Origin: Macrostomum lignano
Taxonomy: Eukaryota
Direction of reading: 5' to 3'
DNA length: 64,000 nucleotides
Assembly: GCA_002269645.1 (NCBI GenBank)
Contig: NIVC01000260.1
Span: forward strand, 310,001 to 374,000
The notes under the pieces were generated by a model. The model was not told where the DNA came from. It made no database searches and worked only from the letters and a program-made list of their open reading frames with translations. Position numbers and translations under genes: made by a program. Below are positions 11,801 to 22,366 of the stretch, in pieces (the stretch's first letter is position 1; each line of letters starts with the position of its first letter).

Positions 11801-13293
11801 GATCTGACCAACTGAGAATCTGACCAACTGAGGATCTGACCAACTGAGGATCTGACCAACTGAGGATCTGACCAACTGAGAATCTGACCAACTGAGAATC
11901 TGACCAACTGAGAATCTGACCAACTGAGAATCTGACCAACTGAGGATCTGACCAACTGAGAATCTGAACAACTGAGAATCTGACCAACTGAGAATCTGAC
12001 CAACTGAGAATCTGACCAACTGAGGATCTGACCAACTGAGGATCTGAACAACTGAGAATCTGAACAACTGAGAATCTGACCAACTGAGAATCTGACCAAC
12101 TGAGAATCTGACCAACTGAGAATCTGACCAACTGAGGATCTGACCAACTGAGAATCTGACCAACTGAGAATCTGACCAACTGAGAATCTGACCAACTGAG
12201 AATCTGAACAACTGAGAATCTGACCAACTGAGGATCTGACCAACTGAGAATCTGACCAACTGAGAATCTGACCAACTGAGAATCTGACCAACTGAGAATC
12301 TGAACAACTGAGAATCTGACCAACTGAGGATCTGACCAACTGAGAATCTGAACAACTGAGAATCTGACCAACTGAGGATCTGAACAACTGAGGATCTGAC
12401 CAACTGAGAATCTGACCAACTGAGAATCTGACCAACTGAGAATCTGAACAACTGAGAATCTGACCAACTGAGGATCTGACCAACTGAGAATCTGAACAAC
12501 TGAGAATCTGACCAACTGAGGATCTGAACAACTGAGGATCTGACCAACTGAGAATCTGACCAACTGAGAATCTGACCAACTGAGAATCTGACCAACTGAG
12601 AATCTGACCAACTGAGGATCTGACCAACTGAGAATCTGAACAACTGAGAATCTGACCAACTGAGGATCTGACCAACTGAGGATCTGACCAACTGAGAATC
12701 TGACCAACTGAGAATCTGACCAACTGAGGATCTGACCAACTGAGGATCTGAACAACTGAGAATCTGACCAACTGAGAATCTGACCAACTGAGGATCTGAC
12801 CAACTGAGGATCTGACCAACTGAGAATCTGACCAACTGAGGATCTGACCAACTGAGAATCTGACCAGCACGACAGCTCACCTGCAAGTCCCGTAGACGTC
12901 CCAGATGGTGAGGCAGAGGCAGGCGTCCCTTGGCAGCGAGGCGATGGCGGCGGGCACTGCCAGCCATTCGTTCCAAGAGTAGGGGCCCCGCCTGTTGCCA
13001 GCCAGCTTGCCAACAACGGCTCGCTGAGTCTGCCGCGGCAAAGTCAGCCGGCGACCCTCCGAGTGCAGCTCTAGGGTGACGTAGGGCGAGTCGCCGTGAA
13101 AGTTCAGCAGGGCGTCCTCCAGAGCGGACTCTGGAGTAGCAGCCAAGCCGTTCGGCTGGCAGCCTTCCAGACAGCCGATTTTCAGTTTGAGATTGCATTT
13201 GTCCAGTTCGTGAGAATAGAGCACATGGAGTACTGTGTCCTGCTGTTGCTGCTGCTGCTGCTGCTGGTACTGATAGTAATACTCCAGGTCCAT
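5845..13293 (-). CDS. PIK3C3: Class III phosphatidylinositol 3-kinase Vps34, 6 exons, ~971 aa
   Basis: Exons 13293-12881, ~11266-10891, 9810-9373, 9064-8630, 7688-7029 and 6438-5845 join in phase at GT-AG. C2 domain (WNEWL..LPRDACLCLTIWDVY, PIGGSCVSVFSKRG). Helical domain (LVWKYRYYL, LLYLPQLVQALRYE). Kinase domain (IFKYGDDLRQDQL, LTPYRVLATG, YLLGVGDRHLDN, HIDFGFILGRDPK). The exon 2 acceptor is uncertain by some tens of nt. Confidence 0.95.
6586..7020. repeat. 18-20-bp intronic minisatellite GAGAGGGAGATCACAGGTGA (PIK3C3 intron 5)
   Basis: Tandem units begin ~8 nt inside the donor at 7028. Confidence 0.9.
7723..8527. repeat. ~19-21-bp intronic minisatellite GATTCTGAGAGATGAGAGAG (PIK3C3 intron 4)
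   Basis: Degenerate tandem units fill most of the intron. Confidence 0.9.
9893..10091 (-). mobile_element. Truncated copy of SINE family A in PIK3C3 intron 2
   Basis: Closely similar to 59148-59342 (GCCAGATGTGCAACCGACAGCTCAGCCG..GCTAATGCTGGCACCCATTTTACAG..GTGTCTTGCTCAAGGACACAAA); lacks the tRNA head. Confidence 0.75.
11432..12866. repeat. 16-bp intronic minisatellite TCTGACCAACTGAG(AA/GA) (PIK3C3 intron 1)
   Basis: About 90 units, starting ~14 nt inside the donor at 12880. Confidence 0.95.
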
Positions 13294-13349
13294 CCAAGCT
13301 CACTGACAAATTCAAGGGGTGGAGATTCTGGGTTAGAGATGCAAGTCAG

Positions 13350-14190
13350 CTCCATTAAGACTCAGTATCCTCGCTCTGAATTCCACCATTGCCCAGCATC
13401 CTGTCTGAGCTCCATCCTTACCCAGTATCCTCGCTCTGAATTCCACCATTGCCCAGCATCCTGTCTGAGCTCCATCCTTACCCAGTATCCTCGCTCTGAA
13501 TTCCACCATTGCCCAGCATCCTGTCTGAGCTCCATCCTTACCCAGTATCCTCGCTCTGAATTCCACCATTGCCCAGCATCCTGTCTGAGCTCCATCCTTA
13601 CCCAGTATCCTCGCTCTGAATTCCACCATTGCCCAGCATCCTGTCTGAGCTCCATCCTTACCCAGTATCCTCGCTCTGAATTCCACCATTACCCAGCATC
13701 CTGTCTGAGCTCCATCCTTACCCAGTATCCTCGCTCTGAATTCCACCATTGCCCAGCATCCTGTCTGAGCTCCATCCTGACCCAGTATCCTCGCTCTGAA
13801 TTCCACCATTACCCAGCATCCTGTCTGAGCTCCATCCTTACCCAGTATCCTCGCTCTGAATTCCACCATTGCCCAGCATCCTGTCTGAGCTCCATCCTTA
13901 CCCAGTATCCTCGCTCTGAATTCCACCATTGCCCAGCATCCTGTCTGAGCTCCATCCTTACCCAGTATCCTCGCTCTGAATTCCACCATTGCCCAGCATC
14001 CTGTCTGAGCTCCATCCTTACCCAGTATCCTCGCTCTGAATTCCACCATTGCCCAGCATCCTGTCTGAGCTCCATCGTGACTCAGCACCATCTCTACGAG
14101 CTCTTCATCACTCAGGATCTTCATGGATCTTCAGCTTCATGAGCCCCAGCATCCTCTATGAGCTACACCATTACCCAGAATCCTAACTGT
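13350..14190. repeat. 60-bp minisatellite between NDUFA2 and PIK3C3
   Basis: About 12 near-identical 60-bp copies (identical blocks line up in consecutive sequence rows), with degenerate edges. Confidence 0.95.
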
Positions 14191-14555
14191 AAGCAAAAGT
14201 AAAAAAGTCGATAAAGAAATGTTCTCCAATTAATGAGAACAAATATATCTGATTTATTACACAATATGCAGCAATAAATTCTACGCAAACAATGCAATAA
14301 GCTACTAAACTGAGAGTATACAGAGTACTACGGGTGTTATATTATAAATAAAAGCCTAACTTATCTTTACTAATTCAATGTCTTTAATTCCTACTGGACG
14401 TTGACAGCTAAGCAAGCTAAAGATTTAAAATTCTAGATCTAGGCAACTGGGGAGTCACTAAAAATTTAGAATTTACGAGCGGTTTATATGCACATCCATA
14501 CGACAATCGGTCAGTGGATCCTGTCATTCACAGAAAACAACACACAACAATATTA

Positions 14556-14840
14556 TCAACGATTAGCCTGTTGAACAACGGTCTGCAACACCTGTTCACT
14601 GGTAGCATTGCTCAAATCGAAGGCCTGCTCACGGCCGCGCTCGTAGCGAGCGTGCAGAGCCGCCGGGGCGTTGCTGCACTCGCGAATCAGGATTGGCAGG
14701 CCGGGGTTCGCGCTCTTCAACGCCACATAGTGATTGGCTATGAAATCTCTGACGCCTTGGCTAGCCGGGGAGCGCTGGCACAGGTGAATGCGCAATTCTT
14801 TCAGGTGACGGGCGAGCTTGACGGATGCAGCGGCTGACAT
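14556..14840 (-). CDS. NDUFA2: NADH:ubiquinone oxidoreductase subunit A2 (B8), 94 aa, single coding exon
   Basis: [41 protein letters not shown] matches the NDUFA2 signature [35 protein letters not shown]. Confidence 0.96.
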   Translation of the reverse strand: [94 protein letters not shown]

Positions 14841-14892
14841 AACTGGTTTTTATTAGCGATTGCATAAAGATGAGCAGTGCAGGTTGGATTAA

Positions 14893-15455
14893 CTGTGTGC
14901 TATTGAGTAGCTAGCTGTGCTATTGGGTAGCTAGCTGTGCTATTGGGTAACTAGCTGTGCTATTGGGTAGCTAGCTATGCTATTGGGTAGCTAGCTATGC
15001 TATTGGGTAACTAGCTGTGCTATTGGGTAGCTAGCTGTGCTATTAAGTAGCTAGCTATGCTATTGGGTAGCTAGCTATGCTATTGGGTAGCTAACTGTGC
15101 TATTGGGTAGCTAGCTGTGCTATTAAGTAGCTAGCTATGCTATTGAGTAGCTAGCTATGCTACTGAGTAGCTAGCTGTGCTATTGGGTAGCTAGCTGTGC
15201 TATTAAGTAGCTAGCTATGCTATTGGGTAGCTAGCTATGCTATTGGGTAGCTAACTGTGCTATTGGGTAACTAGCTGTGCTATTGGGTGGCTTGCTGTGC
15301 TATTGGGTAGCTAGCTGTGCTATTGGGTAGCTAGTTGTGCTATTAGGTAACTAGCTGTGCTATTGGGTAGCTAGCTGTGTTATTGGGTAGCTAGCTGTGC
15401 TATAGGGTAGCTAGCTGTGCTATTGGGTAGCTAGCTATGCTACCCAATAGCTAGC
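14893..15455. repeat. 20-bp minisatellite TATTGGGTAGCTAGCTGTGC upstream of NDUFA2
   Basis: Tandem units ending in an inverted partial unit (GCTACCCAATAG). Confidence 0.92.
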
Positions 15456-15632
15456 ATTTTAGTTAATATGGTAAATTAAAAGTTATGCTTATATACTAGG
15501 CCTTTGATAGCTTATATTGAGCTACAAAAAGAGTTGTATATCAAAGAAAATCTTTAATAGCATTGTATATAACTTTGTAATCAAACTTGGTAAGGATACA
15601 AGCTAATACAATTGAAATTTTATGCAGGTTAC

Positions 15633-16224
15633 CCCTATTGGAATAAATGTTAAAAACCCACGGACGCGCGCTTTAGAAAAGAGTCAAACTATTTTACCGC
15701 GCTTTAGGATTATTAGAGATGTTCTGAAAGATCTGCAGTTTCGTCGAAATCAAAATTTGCTAACTTTCCAAAATCAAAATTGAAATTTCCCGAAATCATA
15801 ATTCAGAAAAACAAAGTTTAGTATGATCAACACTCACTTTTTTACTTTCAATTTACTGCTTAAGCAAAAAGTAATACATGTATATGTAGTAGAAAGTAGT
15901 TTATTTTTAGCGACTTTTTAGACACTACCAAAATTTTCACTTCTAAATTTTATTTCGAAATTGAAATTCGCTCTAAAAAATTTCAAACTTTGGAAAATTG
16001 AAATTGAATTTTCGGAACATCTCTAAGCTTAATAAATTACGAGTGTATAAGCCCCTTCAACAGAGGTATTATACCCATTTCCATGTATATGTATTTGCTA
16101 GAGCAGCAGCCAGTAAGAAAGGGCAGCGCGCGCAGGCACTGCGTCTGTGGGCGCGCTGCGCTTTAGAAAAATTTCAAAAGTGCGCCGGACACCGTCCGCG
16201 GTTTTACAACTTTTTCCTATAGGG
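15633..16224. mobile_element. 592-bp non-autonomous DNA transposon with degenerate TIRs and 8-bp TSD CAGGTTAC
   Basis: CAGGTTAC at 15625-15632 and 16225-16232. The left end CCCTATTGGAATAAATGTTAAAAACCCACGGACG pairs imperfectly with the right end CGTCCGCGGTTTTACAACTTTTTCCTATAGGG. An internal GCGCTTTAGAAAA is repeated. Confidence 0.7.
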
Positions 16225-19200
16225 CAGGTTACTCTATGGTATATTTTTATACACAATTTACTTAACATTTATATTTTTATAACTGTAGTATTAATCAATG
16301 TTTATTTGACAACAAAACAGAAAATATTAATGAATTTTACTAATAATTTAAATTATATTTCTAGGCTTAGTAGTAGTAGTAGAATATAATAAGGGATTAA
16401 AGACAAAGTATAAACATTAACATAAAGCAATATACTATAAGCAAGCAATTAGACAAAAAACAAAGATAAAAAAGACAAAATAGAAGACAAAGCAAAAAAT
16501 AATTAAAATGGATCAATATATATATGTTGATATATTATAACATTTTTAACTAATCAATATTAAATTAGGCCTAAATGCCAAGAGATAGACAAGATAGGAT
16601 AATAATTAAAATTAAAAATTATAATTTTTGTTAAAATCAAGGCCTATAACAGAGCAGGCCTATTCATTATTCATTAAATTAATTATAGGCCTAATGCTTG
16701 TTATTAGGAAATAAACTGAGATCCATAGTCAGGAAGATGGCCTTTTTTCATGGAAAATTCTAGTACAAAAGGGCTGACACCTTCTGGCATAGACAAGGAA
16801 GACAAATCGGGCGCAGTACAGCACAAGACAAAAATAATTGGTACAATTTGGTGCAAGACAAAACTTTTGACGAGACAATATTTTCTTAGATAAAAAATTA
16901 GCATGTTATTTCTTTTTATTAGCACTTTTTGTTTGCTGTTATATTGATAAGGCCTAGCTTTTTAATTAATTTATGTTAACATTGCATTTTTTATCAAATA
17001 GATTCAAATGGCATCTACTAAAATATGAAAGCGGATAGGGAAGTGGATACAGAATGTTTGCTAAAATGTAGAAGATGGAATATTTTCTTAAATTATAAAA
17101 GCGGATATGGATGTTGTGGTGACTACGTTTAGCTTTCTGTGCAGAGTGGGGGATGGGAGGCTCTCTCTCTCTCTCTCTCTCTCTCATTGTACTTGCGCAT
17201 GTGCATACTCTGGAGCGCAAACACGCCAGAGGTAGTGGCTGATTGGTCAGCCTAGTCAGGCAGGAAAATAAACTGGTATTTATTGAGAGAGCTAGGCTTG
17301 GCCAGCTCTAAGATTTTCCTCTCTGCAAGCCACACAGACTTTGTTATAGATGTTAATTTAAATAGCGCAGATAGCTGTCAGACAAACTCACAAGCAATAA
17401 TTTTTTATCCCAAAAGTAACAAAAATTATGCCTATATTATTATGATTATAAGTATGACAAAATCATAGCTAGTACAAAAATGCTATTAGTATAAATTCCA
17501 AATTTAGAAAATATTGATTTTGAACTTGTTAGCTTATTAACAGTAGGCTATATGCATTTTTCTTCTTTTAATATATAATTTTCCTAGAATTCATACTGAG
17601 TAAGATTTTTGTAGCCATACTATTTTGTCATACTTGTAGTCATATTAATATAGGTGTGGTTTTTACTCTTTTGGGGTCATAAATCATTGCTTGTAAGCTT
17701 GTCTGATAGCCACCTATGCAATTTAAATTAATATCTACTATTTGCTTCCATAATTTAAGAAAATATTCTATCTTCCACATTTTAGCAAGCATTCTGCATC
17801 CACTTCCGCATTTTAATATATGCCATACAAGTTTAACAAAAAATACTGATTCATTGTAAAATACTCACTACTCAGCTGGAAAATTTGTAAATAGAAAATG
17901 GAAAATTTGAAAAAAAACATTTTTTTCAAAAAGTTGCGGTAAACAAAAACATTTTTTTATAAGATTTGTTCTGGTGCACAACACAATCAAACTTTTCAAA
18001 TAAGATTCATTCTAGCGCTGGCACAAGCATGCCATGATCCTGACTTGACTATAGGATAAGATACCAAGTCTAAGAGCCAAATAGGGCTTACCAAAAAAAT
18101 ATAGGCCTATTAGAATGAATAAATAAGGGTCAAAATGATTGATTATTATATATGTACTATACACTTGAGCATATTTAAAATCTTCAAAATTAAATAGTCA
18201 TTTAGGGCCTAACCCAAATTGTATCAAACTAAAATAAAAGTTTGCTTTAATTCTACTATTCAATCAACCTTAGAGTAGGTCTAATAAAAAAATAAAATTA
18301 ACTATGATTAGTATTATTAAAATGTGTAGCCTTTACTATGATCTAACGTAGCTATAAACATATAATCAAAGTTTGCATATGGCACTCAACAATTTTGTAT
18401 ATTCATAAAAAATTCATAATAGTAATTAAACTTGTGATTTAGTATGTTCTTTGGTTTCAGGACTGACTTAATAGTATTGTGGCAGATTTTTTGCGTCAGG
18501 AGCATTTAAAAACGAGTTTTGAGGCATGGAGCAGAGGGCAGAAAGGTTTTCGGCAATTTTGGACTAAATTTAAGTCATGTAGGCTAGGGCGAATTTTTTG
18601 CACAGAACAGAAGTATGGCCCAAATTGGGTTAGATCCTAAAATGTCGTTGCATAAATTTTTTGTGTGTTTTTATATAATAGAAAGCTCGCAGTTTCTGAG
18701 CAAATGATCCATAATGTAATGTTTAGAAAATTATAATTCATCCATTACGACAATCGACAACTCAATTAAATTAAATCGCAAAAGTAATTCCTACGACTAA
18801 TTTGAACTTGTCACTAAATTTCCGCGAAGTGCTTATCGATCAAAACAAGTTCGGACTACCGAGTGTCATAGGATCAGTAAATGGTAAGCCGTGATTTCTA
18901 AGATTTATAATTAAAAATGGCTACTTAATATCTTAGTAATATCGAAATCTTTGTTTGTCTGACGGATCAACTAAGCTGTTAAAACCGGTGTTAGTACGTT
19001 CTCTGTTCTTAATTTGGGAGCTACAGTCCAACAATAATTCCCGGTACAATCCTATAAAAGGTCACTAAGCAAGACCTTTACATGTGCACCTGTGAATTGT
19101 CGATATCTACATGTATGTTTACGTCAACGCGCAGATCTTGGCAAAGTCGATTTTCCATCCAATGTACATGTACATGTAAGGAGAGACAATTTGGATACTC

Positions 19201-19269
19201 CAGCATGAAGAATCAAACATGAAGTTTTGTCAAGATTACAATTACATGCAGGTTACAATTACATGGATG

Positions 19270-20540
19270 CGATAACATCCAGCGAAGCGTCGGTAAGCTC
19301 GATAACCAAAAACGGCGATGAAGCTATTATTTTTTAGTCTGGATAAAGAACCTCGCAATCAGGTCGTCCAAGTTCCGTTGTTACAGACGGAGACTTTACT
19401 CCTGCGCAGCGACACCGATTCGATGGTTAGAAAATCTTGTCGGGGTGCAGCACAGATACTATAGAATAACTGTGGAGTGCAGTCTGATTCAACCATCGTT
19501 AAGATCCTGCATGACCATACCTCAGGATAGGCAAGCTGTCCGCACGCTGAGTGCCCCATCAGCACAGCGTCGCTCAAAAGCAGGTCCGCATGGAGTTCGC
19601 GCGTCTCATGCTCGACTAATTCGATGACGGCGCCTCAAAATTAGTGGACAATAATACCCTCTTGACTTACTTGACTTAGCTGCAGGGGGCTCCGTGCGTC
19701 CGGAAACAGCGAGGAGGCATTTTCGCCCATTTTGCTAACCCCTGGCGACTACGGGCAGCTAGTGCTGCGGTGTCGCGCAGGGAGTTCCGGTGGTGCCGGT
19801 GTCCGCAGCGCGGTCCCCCTCCGGAGAGTCCAGGAGGTGGATTGTCGCTCGCCCGGTAGCCCTTAGGTACAATAATACCCTCAGGGGTGAAGACACCTGG
19901 ATCTATTTCAACGACCCGGAGACTAGGGAGCACAGCCGTCAGAGGGTCACCAGTGACGAGGATGCGCCACCGAAGTTTCGCCGCCAGCGAAGCTTCGGGA
20001 TCAAATGTGATGTCCGTCACTTTTCTCACCGCTGAAGCATCTTGCGGCCAGTACGTTGCTCGAGCAACGATCACCACAGTGACTGCTGGTACTGCAGGCA
20101 CTTGATCAAGAGTAGCAAAAATCGAGAGATAAAGACACCTTCCTTCACGACGACAACGCACCTGCGCACGGATCAGAGTCGATGCAGCAATTTCTGCAGA
20201 CAACGCAGCTTCAGCAGCTACCGCAGCCGGCTTTTTCGCCCGAATTCGTGCCTTGCGCCTTCTTCCTTTTTCCCAAGATGAAGAAGAATTTGAAAAGGAG
20301 TCGATTTGACTCGAGAGGAAGCTTGTGAATGCCTTGCAATCTGAGCTGGACTCGTTCCAAGAAGGTGATTAAGGGGTGCTTCAGCTGGTGGTTCCAGCGA
20401 ATGCAAAGATATGCTTTGATCTGAATGAAGCTGATGTTGAGAAATTTGATTAGGTTCCTAATCACGGGGTATAAATTAAATTGCAGCTGAAAACAACAAT
20501 GCGAAGTGCATTTTTCCGAGAACTTAATTAACACCCCTCT
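19270..20540 (+). pseudogene. Decayed mariner (DD34D-type) transposon with stops and frameshifts
   Basis: Fragments in order: GRPSSVVTD; IGKLSAR*VPHQ (WVPHEL motif); GEDTWIYFNDPETREHSRQ; FLHDDNAPAH; QPAFSPEF..PCAFFLFPKMKKNLK; CFSWWFQRMQR..DLNEADVEK. The right end ACACCCCTCT|TA resembles the MITE TIR at 1480-1491. The left boundary is approximate. Confidence 0.85.
19662..19868 (-). mobile_element. 5'-truncated non-LTR (RTE-like) 3' end inserted into the mariner transposase
   Basis: Flanked by a 14-bp duplication ACAATAATACCCTC (19648-19661 and 19869-19882). The minus strand ends in a TAAGTCAAG-type repeat tail. It encodes PKGYR..GPRCGHRHHRNSLRD..LAKWAK..APCS*, resembling an RTE C-terminus. 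Confidence 0.7.
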
Positions 20541-21547
20541 TAGCCCCATGGTCCAGCCCTGTCCCTCCAAGCGACATGTTGCGCCTTCCCGTGACTCCAG
20601 CTGTTCCTATCATTTGCACAAGCATCCTTATTCAGGTGCGAAAACTGTGAAAAATCGGCACCCCAAAAGCTCAATATCGCACTGCTTCGAACAAAATCAC
20701 GAGATGCGAAGCATTAGTCAAAAAGCGAAATCAGATGTCGAATCCAAACGGAGACGATCGGCAGCACACAAAGAAGTCACCAGATCCGGTTAAAAAAAGA
20801 AAAGTAAAAAAATAAAATTCGGAAGAATCTTCCAAGGCTGTGAGTTTTATTGAAACGGTGAACATATCGTAAAAATTAATTATTTTCTTGAGAATTCTAT
20901 CCAGCCATTAAATACCTGGGCAGAAACTAACGGCCCTCCAGCCGCCAAAGAAAAGTGAGGCCGCATTGCGCTCATAAGCCAATTGTTGCTTTGGCCCCCT
21001 CTCAGCTGCCCGTCACTCGCGACTGTCGCCTACCCCGCGCTCACAAAGGCCCAGCGCGGTGTCATAAAGTCAGCCATAACCCCGAGCGATGTCAGAGGGC
21101 TTCCGGGGCTCTCCTGCATTTAAGTAAGTCGATTTCTAGCCCCAGGAAAGTCAAGCAATCTGCGACTCTGCAACTGCCGAACTGCAACTTCTCTGACTCG
21201 AATATTCGATAAACCTCGCTCTACAAGCCGAAGCCATGCTGAGATTTCTGATGCTCCTCGCCGTTCTGATTCTGGTGAGCGCCACGCAACAGGCGGCTGC
21301 TGCTGATGAATGCAGCTGCCACCCGAATGGATTCTGGTGCAATGGAGGAGAGAAGTGCAACCGAGGCTTCTGCAATAGAGATAGCCAGGGCGGCTGCTAT
21401 TTATGAGGAGCTGCAACCCTGCCTTCGGAATGAACTGGAATCACTGAGCTTTTGACTCTGAATAAATATGATAGCATTGCATCTTCTGACCAGCTCTTTG
21501 AGCAATGCTTGCATCCAATAAGCTGTGTTTGTACGGTCTTAATCATT

Positions 21548-22097
21548 TCAGTCAGTCAGTCAGTCAGTCAGTCAGTCAGTCAGTCAGTCAGTCAGTCAGT
21601 CAGTCAGTCAGTCAGTCAGTCAGTCAGTCAGTCAGTCAGTCAGTCAGTCAGTCAGTCAGTCAGTCAGTCAGTCAGTCAGTCAGTCAGTCAGTCAGTCAGT
21701 CAGTCAGTCAGTCAGTCAGTCAGTCAGTCAGTCAGTCAGTCAGTCAGTCAGTCAGTCAGTCAGTCAGTCAGTCAGTCAGTCAGTCAGTCAGTCAGTCAGT
21801 CAGTCAGTCAGTCAGTCAGTCAGTCAGTCAGTCAGTCAGTCAGTCAGTCAGTCAGTCAGTCAGTCAGTCAGTCAGTCAGTCAGTCAGTCAGTCAGTCAGT
21901 CAGTCAGTCAGTCAGTCAGTCAGTCAGTCAGTCAGTCAGTCAGTCAGTCAGTCAGTCAGTCAGTCAGTCAGTCAGTCAGTCAGTCAGTCAGTCAGTCAGT
22001 CAGTCAGTCAGTCAGTCAGTCAGTCAGTCAGTCAGTCAGTCAGTCAGTCAGTCAGTCAGTCAGTCAGTCAGTCAGTCAGTCAGTCAGTCAGTCAGTC
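21548..22097. repeat. Perfect (TCAG)n microsatellite, ~550 bp
   Basis: Uninterrupted tetranucleotide run. Confidence 0.98.
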
Positions 22098-22366
22098 ACG
22101 AACCAAACTATTTTTTTTGCAATTGAAACGGTGCGGCTTGTAAGCCAATGTTAATAATTTATTATGAGAAATTTTAATTGTTTAGAAACTAGCGTTACTA
22201 ATGAAATCAGGACTTAAGAGACTTAACAACAAAACAAAACTGGTTACTGATGTTGAAACTATTGCGCAATAGGAAGTCATAAAAACTTCGAGATTAACAC
22301 AACGAAACGCATATTTGGCGCCAATTCAAACACATCAACCTGCCCAAATCAATTTAACACACTCAG

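Noticed and set aside
11340-13016. 496-632-aa SWSDSQLVRFSVGQIL ORFs
   Set aside because: A 16-bp intronic array of PIK3C3 open in all three minus frames; the real exon ends at the GTGAGC donor at 12880.
13096-14142. His/Cys-containing 20-aa repeat ORF (TQYPRSEFHHCPASCLSSIL) and its antisense ORF
   Set aside because: A 60-bp unit is automatically in frame. The plus ORF overlaps PIK3C3 exon 1 in antisense, and there is no signal peptide or unique domain.
13350-14190. Regular arrays resembling CRISPR
   Set aside because: Units are contiguous with no unique spacers, there are no cas genes and the context is eukaryotic. The same applies to all arrays in the window.
14262-14282. GCAATAAATT as a possible reverse-strand spliced-leader remnant
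   Set aside because: Only a short AT-rich match, with no donor, Sm site or SL-RNA stem-loops.
20560-21450. Several short GC-rich ORFs downstream of the mariner
   Set aside because: No recognisable motifs and no phase-consistent splice chain found.
21452-22143. SQSV-repeat ORFs
   Set aside because: Pure (TCAG)n microsatellite.
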